A DNA stretch of 63,586 bases, counting the filler, from Lenisia limosa (Eukaryota > Protista > Breviatea), in the NCBI GenBank assembly GCA_001655205.1. It is 11 parts of 11 records of this genome, joined end to end, with 100 filler letters (N's around TTAATTAATTAA, not from the genome) between each part and the next. Parts side by side here need not be neighbours in the genome. Positions count along the whole stretch, not along the records: positions 12,880 to 18,902 come from LPNZ01007432.1; positions 19,003 to 26,645 come from LPNZ01007774.1; 9 more parts are not named here. One strand, given 5' to 3'. Within the stretch, counting starts at the first letter, position 1. Every line of letters begins with the position of its first letter. Below the pieces are notes generated by a model that was not told the origin of the DNA, did not search any database, and saw only the letters and a program-made list of their open reading frames with translations. Positions 12,880-26,745 of this stretch are shown here, one piece after another. The position numbers were made by a program, and so were the translations under genes.

Positions 12880-15800
12880 CTTCGGCCACAAGACCTTGAC
12901 ATGGCCATTACGCTCGCAAGTGAAGAGATGAAGGGTTTGGGGGCAGGGGGTAGAGTGTGCTATTGAACATATTGAAAAAATGGAGAGTATTTCCCAAGTA
13001 AAATCTGTCAAGACTTCCCGGTCACTATATATGTGTATGTTTGGAGGGGGGTGGGTGGTATATTATTGATGTGGCTATTATGCCCTCGAAGGTTGGGGGC
13101 CATGAAAGAATGAATTGAAGACAGTAGTGTCTTAATTGAAAGTAATGTATCTGCAATTTATGTTCAGCGTTTTCAACATAACCATCATCAAATCGCACTC
13201 CCAGATTCAATTCTTGCAATATGTCACACTTCAAACTTTGCAATTATTTTTTTCAATTAATTGCTTTGAGACCTTGGCTTTATACCCTCACCAAGGCCAA
13301 ACCATGCTCACGCTCCCAGTCGATACGTTTGTTGAACGACCAGCCTCCCCCAAAGCCACTCCTACCCCCAAAACCAAAACAGTGTCAAAAACCAGCGCAG
13401 CAGCAGCTAATGCCCGGAGTGATAAGCGTCCAGCTACTAGTTCAGGTTTGTTTGTTATCACTTCCCACTTTCTAACACCATTTCGGGGAAGCGACTAGCC
13501 TGAGCTTTTTTTGTGTTGTTATCAACCCTCGTGTGTTAATAGCCAACATAGTTGATTTTAGGCTTTTTGTTTAAGTTTTACTCCCCCCCCTCTCTCTCTT
13601 ATGCGTTCAGGTCGGCCCGCAACAGCTTCCTCCAAGGTCAAAAAAGCTCGAACCATCGTTGACGTGGGAGTCGTTGTCGGATATAATATATCTATAATAT
13701 TATATTATTATTAGGGCTTCACTTCGGTTCGAAAAATGCCGGTAAAATATTGATAGTTTTCGAGGATTTATCGAGAAATGCAGTCTTTTTTCGAATCGAA
13801 GTGAAGCCCTAATTATGATATATCGTAGTATCAATGTACAGTCTACGGGATAAGTCCTAACTGATTCGTTATGTGATATACAGTGACCAGGATAAGTCTT
13901 GCTGATTTGCTATGGTTTTTCTAATAATCGCACGGATTCCTTATTTTTCAAATCGCCACTTTTTGTTCCAGGTAAACAAAACCTGAACCGTAACCAAGAA
14001 GGAAGCTTTTCTAAATTTAACTTTTTTTAGGAGGTAAATAAGGGTAAATCCGGCCGCGCCGCCTCAAAGGAACTCATCCCCGTTTCTGGTATGCTTGGGG
14101 TATCCACCTTTCTGTTACTAACATGTTCGTGTTATTTCATATAATATCACCATTTTAATGTTAATATACATACGTAATGTTTGGGGTAGCTATATCCCCA
14201 TGATTCGGTTTATATGAGGTATTCCCCTACTGCGGAAATGGTCACATTTTTTGGTGAATAATTTGGTTGATTTCTCGTTTTGATCAGAACATGTCATAAC
14301 TTTTGATATATTAATCGATAAATTTTGATATTTTAGCCAGTCTTTCTATGTGGATTATTTGTATTTTTCTTCCTCAATTGAGTTGATACATTTACATCTC
14401 AAATAGCCTTTTTGGAACGGAATGAAGTCTAGTACCAGATCAGAATCCGACTTAAGAACCCTGGAATTCCATTTCAAAAATCTGAACTTCGACTTAAGGA
14501 CCAAAAAGCCCACTTAGGATTCTGGTCTGGTCCTAATGAAGAACCACTCACACCATCCAGAAGAGGAGTTTACAAAGCTGTCTTCCCTCGTCCGTGGAAA
14601 GGCCAAATTGGAAGACGTCAACAATGTGTATAAGGTGGGGTGGGTGGCGGCATAGGCATGTCTTATGCGGGTGCATTTTTAGTAGGGCTTCCTCCACTGG
14701 TGGGGGGGGGGGGGGNNNNNNNNNNNNNNNNNNNNNNNNNNNNNNNNNNNNNNNNNTTAAGCAATTTGATGTAAGGAGCAAAATAAGCAGTATAGTATTT
14801 ATGAAAATGATAGAATAATACATGTAAAATTGAAGGTCCGAGTTAAATAAACTTGGAATTGAAGGAGATGATGTTGTGATTGAAAGGCATTATTTGCACA
14901 CTTTTAGGTAAAAATATTTTAGTTCTCTTTGAAATTAGGTTTTGGTAATTCTGCTAATCTCATATTGTAGGCTATTTATAGCCATTTTGCTGAGACAAGA
15001 AGTTTCGAGTAAGTGTGGTAATTGCCGCTTTTTTTTTTGGCAAGACAATACAGACATTAAATATCTAGGGAACCAAATAAATGCAGAGGAAAATCATAAT
15101 GATACCTTATTTACCATGCTCCGGCGCCCACGTTCCTTGGTTGATCTTCTTTTCAAATGCAACTCATGAAATTAAATCTAGAAATACATCGAATATATCA
15201 TATAGATATCAAAACAAATATTACTTAGACACCTGCTCTAGGGGGTTTATTGATAATGTTATTTTTTTTGTATTTACACATGTAGTGATCGCCTTACGAT
15301 TAAAGCGCTTTCTGACAAACAGCTTAAGGTGGCTGGAAGATATATACATACACATACATGTATTAATGCATATAGGCTCTATTTCTCTCAATAAGACATT
15401 AGCATAAGAAATTATTAAACGTCTTTGATTTTCCTATTTTTTTATTTATTTTAATAATATAATTCCTCTCTATTAATTTGACTTATTTTCTCTTTGCGTT
15501 ATTTGAAAATATTCTTGTGTTCTTCTTGTGGAATTCCAATTAATTAGGATTTCGTTTTGAAAAGATCTCCTTCAAGAAAATCGAATCAATTCTAAGATTA
15601 CTCAGTTTCAAGTTCAGAGGAACTGTTGTCCCTGCTCCAAATAATCAACACCCAGAATGATTTTCACCTCATAAAGAAAACAAATAAACGCCAGTAGGGA
15701 ACATAATTGGCAATGACTCAAACAATTTAACAATGTGCTTTTATGGTAAGCCAATTACCTTACTTCAATGGCAAACTGCCAAGCGCCTTGTAAGAAAGAT

Positions 15801-16481
15801 TCCGACTCAAGGCTGTGAACTATTGAATAAATAAAACTGAAATTAACCCACTTTACAATATTAAAAGGGGAAAATAGTGCTATTATAAGTATGCAATCAT
15901 TAAAACGAAGGAGGATTAACCAAAATCTTTTAACTACATTTCAAATGCACACTTCTAAAGCATAGCCTGATAAATAATTTGATAACAACTTCAAAATTAA
16001 GAAATCTAGGTTGTAATGCACAATACCATCTTTTGAAGCAAAATAATAATGGATTCGATAGACCTTCAAGTAAAAGTGAAATTCAGGCAGACTAATTAAC
16101 GGATAATCTCTAAGCGAACAATAAAATTAGTTTCCAAAACAGTTAAGATATTCAGAATAATTATTGAGATCTCACATGTTGTTATTTTTATTTACACTTT
16201 GCTTTTCGTGTATTGTTGTGCTCCATGAATGTCGCGAACTCTTTCAGAAATTACCTTCACCCCTCGCATTCTTTAGTTTTGTTTTTAACCCTTGTGTGTT
16301 ACCCAAATACTTATCAAATAGAGTTGATTTTGGTTTTGTTTACTATTTTTCCATATTTACTTTCCCCCAGGTTGTCGGAGCGACTGGCGAGTCGAAATTA
16401 AAAGCTCTCAGATCCCTTCAGCTGATTGACTTTACGCGGCAAGGGGTGACGCTCAAAAAAGGGGCTCACGCCATTTTTTGA
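12880..16481 (+). CDS. Ska2-like spindle/kinetochore protein (long non-vertebrate type), 5' end truncated
   Basis: Exons EEEFTKLSSLVRGKAKLEDVNNVYK (about 14565-14634) and VVGATGESKLKALRSLQLIDFTRQGVTLKKGAHAIF* (16371-16481) resemble the C-terminal module I recall from invertebrate Ska2-like proteins. A low-complexity S/P/K linker precedes them. Recognised from memory; needs an HMM check. Confidence 0.5.
13490..13610 (+). repeat. Family B copy in intron 13446-13610
   Basis: GAAGCGACTAGCCTGAGCTTTTTTTGTGTTGTTATCAACCCTCGTGTGTTAATAGCCAACATAGTTGATTTTAGGC...TTCAG followed by an exon. Confidence 0.75.
13714..13809. mobile_element. MITE family A copy with TA flanks
   Basis: ta|GGGCTTCACTTCGGTTCGAAAAA...TTTTCGAATCGAAGTGAAGCCC|ta, 96 bp, intronic. 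Confidence 0.85.
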
Positions 16482-16669
16482 TTTGGTTATTCTTGTATTC
16501 TAATAATTTCGTGTGGCTTTCTGAGTAAGGATGTAATTTTACGATAGGATGAGGAGAGTTAGCTGAACATCAGCAATACACATAAATTTACATCAAAACT
16601 AACAAATCCACAAGATACATCAAAAAATAGAAGAAGTAGAAGACTCATTCAAGTCCCCCTATCAACACA

Positions 16670-18902
16670 CTAATCACAGGCAGTTTTCCTTGCCTCTTTC
16701 ACAGCGGACCTAAGCCTCCGACCCCCTCTACTGCCGAGTGCTTTTCGCTGGTCGTCTAAATCTGGGTGTTGGGTAAATACTTCATACAGTTCATAAAGAG
16801 ACAATTGTGAGTTCATTGAGAGACAATTTTGGATTTTGAAGTGGGAAATGGAACTATCACCCTTTTCATCCACTTAAATTTCATTTTCATCAATTTAATC
16901 AATAAATTAATTGCACAGAGTCCTAATGTAGTTAGACATCAATATATTAGAAAAATATGTAATACACATATCATATATATCATTTGATATACTGCACACA
17001 CAACACTAAAAAAAAAACACCAAAAACACCTACTTGGGTCGGTTTGGGCGGTATTAGGGGGTGCTGATGATTGATCCTACTCGATTAGTGGGTTCACTTA
17101 AATATGAAAGTAAATTGATTGAATCGTCTTTATTCTTCACATAATCCCGATAGAATTGATATAATGTGGAAGAAGAAGTAAGAATAATGATAGAGCATGG
17201 TCAGTCTAGATTGCCTTCTAATGTCAACATTGAAGGCAATCAAAACCACTATCAGCCCCCCCCCCCCCNNNNNNNNNNNNNNNNNNNNNNNNNNNNNNNN
17301 NNNNNNNNNNNNNNNNNNNNNNNNNNNNNNNNNNCCTACTTTTGTTAATCGGCAAGTGGATATGAAAAATAAAACAAGGTATCTGGCGCAAGTTGGGTTC
17401 GAAAAATACAGATAAAGTATCAATAGTTTTCGAGGATTTATCGAGAAATTCAGTCTTTTTCGAACAGAAGTGTAGCCCTAGGAGGAAGACGTCCACATCA
17501 TCACTCTTTAGGATTGTAGAATGATAATTAATCACCCAAAAAACAAAACAAAACAAAACACAAAAATAACACACAAAAAAAAAACAATAAAAAAAAAAAA
17601 CGATACCCCACCACCNNNNNNNNNNNNNNNNNNNNNNNNNNNNNNNNNNNNNNNNNNNNNNNNNNNNNNNNNNNNNNNNNNNNNNNNNNNNNNNNNNTTT
17701 TTCTGATTTCAAGCTCCACCCGCGCCCGAATCTCGTCCTTGTTGGCGTTTGACAAGATCCCTGATTGATAAGAAAAAGGCCTCTGCGCTTCAGTAAAAGC
17801 CTTGATTTCTCGATATTATAATCAACAATAAAAACATGATCAAAACCACTATCAGCACCATCATTACCCCCTCCCATACTTAGTCATCTGGATCCCTATG
17901 ATCCTTGTTCCAATAGAGACTTGCAAAAAAGGATTATCCCATTATAATGATTCTTTATACAGCCCCCCCAAAAATCAATCATCACCATCATAGTCATCTA
18001 CAACACCATCATCATAGCATCACAGCATCATTGTCATTATATTCACCATCATAATATCCACCATCATCATCACGACATACTTTTTATTATTACACTTCCC
18101 ACAAACCAGGCTCATCATCATCGCTATCAAGATCACTATCAAGTAGTAAGTCATTCCACTTTGACTCAGCGAATGTAGCTCGGGATGGACCGTCATGTTT
18201 AGTCTTATTGGCGTAGGTGTTTGTGTTGGTGAGCGAAACGTCCTCTGTCTTTTCGACTTCAGGTTCTGCTTGACCTTAGGGGTAAGACGTAATGATCAGA
18301 TCACTTTCTGGGTCATTTTCACACGTGCGTGCGATACCACACGAAACAAAAAATTATTTATTTTTCTATATTCTTTCTGTTTGTAAATTAGACAGAGANN
18401 NNNNNNNNNNNNNNNNNNNNNNNNNNNNNNNNNNNNNNNNNNNNNNNNNNNNNNNNNNNNNNNNNNNNNNNNNNNNNNNNNNNNNNNNNNNNNCATTTAA
18501 ATTTCAAAAACTAAATATTCTTAAAAAATCCGTTTTTTTGTTGAACAAAGTTCTTTTAAAGAAAATATTTGTGGACTGATACAACCTTGTTGTTTATTTC
18601 TCATTGCTATATATTAACTAACGTTGTTGTTTAGCATGCTTGCGAGCATGTTTTGTTTAACAACGTTTTTTTTTACAAATAAATATCATATAATACAGTA
18701 ATGCTGCCCTCCAACCCGTGTAAGTGCTATGAAGCGAAGACACGCTCTCGTCCATATGCAGGCTGAGCGTTGACATTTGATCTACCAGAGTGCCAGGAGT
18801 GATTGCTTCGGCAGTTCCGGGCCTGGGCTCTGGGGGAGTCTGGGGGAGAGTAAAATTGGAAAATTTATGAAACAAAAGAAGTGTGTTGGGTAATAGTGTT
18901 GC
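16670..18902 (-). CDS. Hypothetical protein, multi-exon, 5' truncated
   Basis: Open segments with GT-AG bounds: TPPEPRPGTAEAITPGTLVDQMS (from 18839), QAEPEVEKTEDV...LDSDLDSDDDEP, EIKAFTEAQRPFSYQSGILSNANKDEIRARVELEIRK, and terminal DEKGDSS...KEARKTACD*. Confidence 0.5.
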
Positions 18903-19002
18903 NNNNNNNNNNNNNNNNNNNNNNNNNNNNNNNNNNNNNNNNNNNNTTAATTAATTAANNNNNNNNNNNNNNNNNNNNNNNNNNNNNNNNNNNNNNNNNN
19001 NN
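18903..19002. other. Artificial contig-joining spacer
   Basis: N44-TTAATTAATTAA-N44. Confidence 0.97.
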
Positions 19003-19780
<778 letters not shown>

Positions 19781-19929
19781 GATATTAATGATGAATCTAA
19801 ACAACAAGTGCTGTAGAAAGGTCTTTTCTTAGCAACAAAATCCTTTAAATACGAAATGAACTGAACTAGCGGACCGGATTCTCCCTTTTCACCCAAAATT
19901 TATTTTTGTTTTAAAATTGAACACTCATC

Positions 19930-20771
19930 ATGGGCTTTGAAAAGAAGATCATCCAAGCTGGAACTGGAGCTGTAGGGATTTTCATTTAGCGGCCTGTTTA
20001 CTCTGTTTTAGATGGCTTCAATTGGCAAGCGCGCCTTTGTTCACTACACTGGCCGCCTCACTTCCGGAAAGGTTTGTTTAAACATATTCCAAAGAATGTT
20101 TACACTGTTAGGTTTTCGACTCTTCCATTCCTCGTGGACAGCCCTTCTCTTTCACCCTTGGCCGCCAAGAGGTCATTCGTGGATGTAAGTGGATAAAAAC
20201 TGAACGCTTAACAAAAGAATTCCTTTTTTTTTTATTGCGTTAGGGGACGAGGGTGTTGCCACCATGCAGGTCGGTGAGAAGGCCGAGTTCACCATCACCC
20301 CCGACTACGCTTATGGTGCTCGCGGCGCCGGCGGTGTTATTCCCCCCAGTATGCTCCAACAGATTTGNNNNNNNNNNNNNNNNNNNNNNNNNNNNNNNNN
20401 NNNNNNNNNNNNNNNNNNNNNNNNNNNNNNNNNNNNNNNNNNNNNNNNNNNNNNNNNNNNNNNNTTCTCCTTGCATATTATCAGTATCCTAACATTTGGT
20501 GCTACAACTAGGGCTTCACTCCAGTCCGAAAATAATCGGAAGACTGTCGAAAAACGTTTCTTTCAGAGAATAATATCACTATTTTTCTATTTGTCATTCG
20601 GGGAATAGCGTTTTTTCTGGGGTCATCTTTTAAAAAAAAGGCCTTTTATTTTCAAACATTTCTTTCACGTTGGCTTTCCCACCCCCCTATCTTCCATTTG
20701 TGTATTGTAACTAGATTCACTCCTTAGACGCCACCCTCATCTTTGACGTTGAGCTTCTTAACCTCGCCTAA
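19930..20771 (+). CDS. FKBP12: FKBP12-type peptidyl-prolyl isomerase
   Basis: [14 protein letters not shown]|[20 protein letters not shown]|[24 protein letters not shown]|[35 protein letters not shown]|[14 protein letters not shown] (TAA 20769-20771). Confidence 0.96.
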
Positions 20772-20989
20772 TCTGTATGTGTTTTCTTCACCTGCGTAAT
20801 ATGCATATGCTACACACTCCTTCCACAAGAAACATGAACTTTCATACTACAAAACCTGAGAACATACTACCTTTGAGCCTTCTCATTGGTTATCTTTTCT
20901 GTTGAGTTAGAAGGAGCCCAATGAAATATAATTATGTGGTGGAGGGAGGGGCAGAGGTGCAAAATGAAAAAAAAAAATAAAAAAAAAAC

Positions 20990-23900
20990 AAAAAAAAAAA
21001 CAGAAGAAGATGACTCTAGAAACGATACACTTGTATCTTAGTTGATCAAATTGAAAGTTTGACAAGAACTGTTCGATGTTGATCTCTTTTTCCACCCATC
21101 GAAACCCCCATAAAAACTCTCACCTTCTTGCCCGCGTTATATAGCCGGTCGCAGGCGGTCGAGCCAACACCCGACTTTTTGGTGAGGGGAGGAGGGGGCC
21201 GAAGACCCCATCCCCCAGTCCGGTTCAGACTCCCCACGCTGGGACGCCCTAGATGGTAACGTGCTAATAGTTCACAAAAAGACTTTATTCTTTGAAAATC
21301 AAGAAAACAAAAACAATAAAAATAAAAATAGCAGGGAGCTCTAAAAACATACCGGTCGACGTCGTGGTTACCCTGGCTCGACCCGTGATAGTAGATATGT
21401 CCTGCCCCACAGTCTCCGAGGCCATCGTGGGGTCATAGGGTCTGGAAATGTGAAATCCCAAGCAAAAAAACAAAGAATAGGACTTTGTCCAAATATTCCC
21501 TAGATTTCAAAAAAAAAGTATATATTTTCATTTTCCAAAAAAATAATTATAGTCAAAAGCTGTACCCCAAATCCATGGGGAAATCCTTACACTCCGAGGT
21601 TTCATTCAGGTTGAGCTGTCTGCTTAAACACACCCCCATAATAATATATCATGGGATATAGATATGCATATCATATCACTTTTTGGATCATTTTCACACG
21701 TGTGAACTATCATTTTCCACACAGTGATATGATAGCTCATATCCACTCGTATGATATTTGACCGACAAGTCTCAATGATACTCAGATACACTAGGGATCG
21801 TGTTATCTTCATTCATCATTACGACTTGAAAGTTGGTCATATGTTCATATCACTAGTGGATATGGGATAACAATGACAGTAATCCCCCCCCCCCCCCANN
21901 NNNNNNNNNNNNNNNNNNNNNNNNNNNNNNNNNNNNNNNNNNNNNNNNNNNNNNNNNNGGGTTAAAACGACGACTAATTTCAGCACTTGATCAGAGGAGG
22001 TTGGGAAAGTTGAAAGACTTTGCTTCAAAGAGGACGGTTGGGGGATTCACACTGAACGCGATAAGTCCTGGGGACAATGCCCAATATTCGTGTCAGGACT
22101 TATCGCGCAGTGTGGAAAGGTTGTCGATTTTTTTGCAAAGAAAGTTTCCAATGTAAGACCAACTTTTAAGAACTGATATCTCATATTCTTAATCATATCC
22201 AAAAACAACTTAACTTATTTTGGTGTCCAACCAACTTGTATGATTATATATCCAAACCAACTTGTATGATTGTGCCATAGTTGCTGAGAGCTGATCAGAC
22301 GCTTCCATTGCAGCCACCATTGAATCTGCATATGCAATCAATGCTAGTCATGTGTTTGCAAACTGCTTTCTGCACTAGTTTCCTAACAATTGTACGGAGC
22401 CCTAATAGTTCCCCAATAAAACCCCTCGAACCTCGAAGAGACGTCGACACCAACGTCAGGTTATCTCGAAGCTCGTTGACCGCCTTCCTCGTCACCTGTT
22501 AGTATTTACATAAAGACTGATCATCATGTTATTATCACTGTTGACGGTACATAAAGAATGATCCCTCCTCCTCGGGGGATCAACACGTTATGATGGCTTA
22601 TTTAGGTGCAAAAGAGTGGTAATATGAGAGATTCATTTAAATAAATACACGAGGCTGGATTAGATAAATAAAAGACCATTTTTATTAGGGATTTTTGTTT
22701 TGACCCCCCCCCCCCCNNNNNNNNNNNNNNNNNNNNNNNNNNNNNNNNNNNNNNNNNNNNNNNNNNNNNNNNNNNNNNNNNNNNNNNNNNNNNNNNNNNN
22801 NNNNNNNNNNNNNNNACTTTCGTTTGTACTTCAATCGTTCTTGTTCGGCTTGAATGAGCTGATCTCTTTATGGTGAGTGAAAGAGAAGAACATATCAGAA
22901 GTATTATATCTTGATGTGGCCCTTGACATTGGAATAGAGTATTGAATAAAGTGTTGAAGACAGTAATGGCTTGCCTCTTTTTGGTGAGTGAAAGAAGAAC
23001 ATCACTGTTAAATATCATCATATCACAGATAAACGAGAAATAAAACTTCCAAAACTGAAGCCAATTCACACATTATTCTGTGTCAGGACTAATCATGGTT
23101 AGTGTAATAACATAGGGAGCTGTCTATTCCAGAAGCATGGTAATTTGTTTGGTGGTATATATTTGTTTCCCTTGATGTAAATAACTGTTTATTATTCTTG
23201 GTCACAGAAAAACTCCACTAAATGTTGAGATTACCCACTCACAACTCTTAGTAATTGTTAAAATTACCCACTCATAACAGTTAGCAATTGTTGAGATTAC
23301 CCACTCACAACACTTGGGCGGCTTCGGCTTCTGAGGCTCTTCGAGATTCAATAAGTCGAAGATAAACCTGGGGGTGGGGTGTAAAAATGATGTAATGATA
23401 ATGACTAATGATATAAATAAGTTGTGAGTTCGAAGTATAAACTAAGTCATTATTTTTTTATTTTATTTCTATATGATACGTAAAACATTAACATAAGATA
23501 GTTCAAAATTCATGGTGAAGTTTGAAGAACGTCGTCTATCTTTATCGCTATTCAAATATTGACTTTTTCCATCCCGTTTTAAATGTCCTTGTTCAAGTCA
23601 AAAAAAAAATGTAGTGTTCTTATTTACATAAAAAAAAAAGGCCNNNNNNNNNNNNNNNNNNNNNNNNNNNNNNNNNNNNNNNNNNNNNNNNNNNNNNNNN
23701 NNNNNNNNNNNNNNNNNNNNNNNNNNNNNNNNNNNNNNNNNNNNNNNNNNNNNNNNNNNNNNNNNNNNNNNNNNCTGAAGAGTGTTTTTCATCAACTTCC
23801 TGGAAGAAAATAAGAAGAAAGGACATAATATCTTTCATTCTATGCTCAACAACACATCAAAAGCCATTCCCTCAGAAACACACAGATACACAAGAGTCCC

Positions 23901-26645
23901 CCCCCCCCCCNNNNNNNNNNNNNNNNNNNNNNNNNNNNNNNNNNNNNNNNNNNNNNNNNNNNNNNNNNNNNNNNNNNNNNNNNNNNNNNNNNNNNNNNNN
24001 NNNNNNNNNNNNNNNNNNNNNNNNNNNNNNNNNNNNNNNNNNNNNNNNNNNNNNNNNNNNNNNNNNNNNNNNNNNNNNNNNNNNNNNNNNNNNNNNNNNN
24101 NNNNNNNNNNCACCCACCTTTTTTCATGATGACGTGCGCGTCGCTCCTTTGCGTGGCGTGGTAGCTCAACCAAGCCGTTGCATTTGCCCCCTCCTGCTCC
24201 AAAGAATACACTTCCTGGGGGGTTAGCGACAGTTGTCTTGGATACCATGATTATCGAGACTACTTTATCACAATTGAGTCATTATGCTCAATTGTGATAA
24301 AGTAAAGAACGTCAATCATATTGAATATGACCTATCCGAACCTTGTTAGCGAAAGGAAAAGACTTGTGAAATATCTACATAAATCGAAAACAATATATGA
24401 TAGCCATAATACTATTACTATACTATATACAACATGTTTTATATCATATGTAGTATTCTATTTCACTATATACATGTATTATATATATATACTATAGAGA
24501 GAGAGAGAGAGAGATGAGAGATGAGAAATATAACAAGGTTCATCTGGCCGAAGCCGTTCACACCATCACGCTTATAAGCGATATTGGAATATAGTACAGT
24601 ATTAATTCACTAAATCATTTGCCACAGCTTAATATACAAGAGATAGTGGGATATAGTATAATTTTAATTCACTCGCATTTGCCTTAGCTCGTAAAAAGAG
24701 ATATTGGAATATAGAATGATCTCCTCATGCCTGTACAAGAGTTGTGGCTTCCTCTCGCAAAGACGCGACCCTTTCTTTGAGATCGCCCACATGTCGGGCC
24801 GTGACCTTCAAGGTAAGTTAGTAGTGTTCAAATATCAAGAGTATTGTCTATGTTAAATACAATATACTAGTGATAAGGGATGTCAAAGTTATCCACTAGT
24901 TATATTTTGACCCATATCACTGGTGATACGATCCTTTAATCTACATTCGAGTCAAAATGATGACGTATATAACACCAGGTTTATCCCGAATATATCATGG
25001 TCAAGTAAATCTAATCCACCGCTACATCAGACGGGTTACTAATAATAGTAGCTAGCAAGACGTCTGCATTACAGTTGAAAAAATGAGGAGCTAAGAAATA
25101 CCCCCTTTTGCATTTTAAAGCGTTTCAAGCTTTGAGTATCATTTGTACATAATCATATGATTCAAATATTTATTACTTTCCACTTCAAAGTTGGATATAA
25201 TAAGATGACATAATTATTGATAAATGAGAGGTTTTGGTATTACAAAACAAAAGGAAGAAGCGTTGACTTGTTTTTGTCTGGATGATGTAGACAAAAAATG
25301 AAAGTAATCAGACAAGCTATCAGGCTTCAAAAGGATTGATATATTGTTTTGAACAATACAAATGGATAAACGTTTGCATTGGAGATATACTCAGTTAAAG
25401 AGAGAAAAATCCTTTGTGTTTTGTTATTTTAGACTTTGTTTAATACATAATATTCTTGCTCCCAAAAAAGAGATTAACAATTAAGATTGGCTGGAAAGAC
25501 ACAAGAGCCACCAAATCATGTGTTGCTCTCCATAAAAGTTAAAAACGTTTTAATATGCCAGAAGTGCTCCATAAAAGTTAGAAACGTTTTTTAAAAAAAA
25601 GCATAAAAAAGAAAGAACTACCAATATAATAACGAAAGCCTTCCTCCGCAACCTTATATCGTGAATCAAAGGCTCTGAGAAGCGCATCACGTCCCCCTGA
25701 AAAGGTCTTTGGCCTGAGGGGTAAAAAAAACGTTAGGAGATCGCCAACCGATTTGGTCCGAACTCGGGGAGAGCTCTCTGGATAACTGGGGGAAACTCCC
25801 CTAATGAGCCCCTTGGAACAGCCACCAAAGGGTTCATAGAAGGAGGGAAGGAGGAAGAGCCTGAGCAGTTCTAGTTTTGACTAACTAACGGTCCTTCCTA
25901 TTGAATGTTGAACTTTGTTAATTAATGGGAGAAACGCCTCTTTTCCTACACATCTGTCACTAATACGCTCCTTCACTGATTTAACACGCAGAAAGGGTTG
26001 AAAAGAAGAAGAGGGAGAAAAATAGAAAAATGAAAACCGAAAATAGTCAAAGATCTGCAGATCAAGAAAATAAGTTTCCTTTTTGGGTTATCAGTCAATT
26101 CAGTCAATGTCAATGTTTATGATATGTTGGATAGGTTTGTTTTTGGTTGTGTTTGTTATAAGGTTGGTTGTTAGGATTGATTGATTTTCTTATTTTCTAT
26201 TACACTCTTACTCCCAACTCCAACTCCAAAATGTCTTATGCCCAAGTCGGATGTTTTCAAATTTTTGGGAAATGATGTTCAGTGGAATGTTACTGAAAGA
26301 CAGACGATGCATTAAATATGAAGGATTCAGGCTTAGGCGAAGGACATGATGTTGAACTCTCTCAGGTCAGGTCTGCAAGGAGTGAAAGCTGACAAAACGA
26401 CATTACAAGAAACAAAAACCTGTCATAAAGCAAATGCACAATTGAGAAATAATGAAAATATAACAAAATTATCTTGTATTGCAAATTTGTCTTGAGTTAC
26501 AATGTTAATGTAATCAATCATCTGTTCAAAATAAAATAAAATTGCAACACACCTGCCGAGGAAGACATTCTCCTGGATGACAGAAATGCCGGAGTTGAGC
26601 TTGATGATGTTGGCAAACTTGCGCTCGCTCTCGATAAAGGCCACC
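20990..26645 (-). CDS. Hypothetical multi-exon gene(s), boundaries uncertain
   Basis: Scattered open segments with splice signals, e.g. VAFIESERKFANIIKLNSGISVIQENVFLG, GSLGEFPPVIQRALPRVRTKSVGDLL, LKVTARHVGDLKERVASLREEATTL, TRKAVNELRDNLTLVSTSLRG. No recognisable domain. Confidence 0.35.
21669..21734. mobile_element. 66-bp micro-MITE family C (12-bp TIR TATCATATCACT)
   Basis: Perfect TIR TATCATATCACT...AGTGATATGATA. Related copies at about 27822-27880 and 18295-18345. Confidence 0.6.
22048..22114. mobile_element. Hairpin element family D (CACACTG..CGCGATAAGTCCTG / CAGGACTTATCGCG.CAGTGTG)
   Basis: Inverted repeat seen directly. Half-copies at about 13845-13900, 29350, 31250, 61000, 61190 and 61510. 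Confidence 0.55.
24527..24625. repeat. Dispersed intronic repeat family E (AACAAG..TCTGGCCGAAGCCGTCCAC..ATCACGCTTATAAGAGATATTGG)
   Basis: Similar sequence at about 27960-28060, 60440-60520, 60525-60595, and partially at 17370. Confidence 0.65.
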
Positions 26646-26745
26646 NNNNNNNNNNNNNNNNNNNNNNNNNNNNNNNNNNNNNNNNNNNNTTAATTAATTA
26701 ANNNNNNNNNNNNNNNNNNNNNNNNNNNNNNNNNNNNNNNNNNNN
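26646..26745. other. Artificial contig-joining spacer
   Basis: N44-TTAATTAATTAA-N44. Confidence 0.97.
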
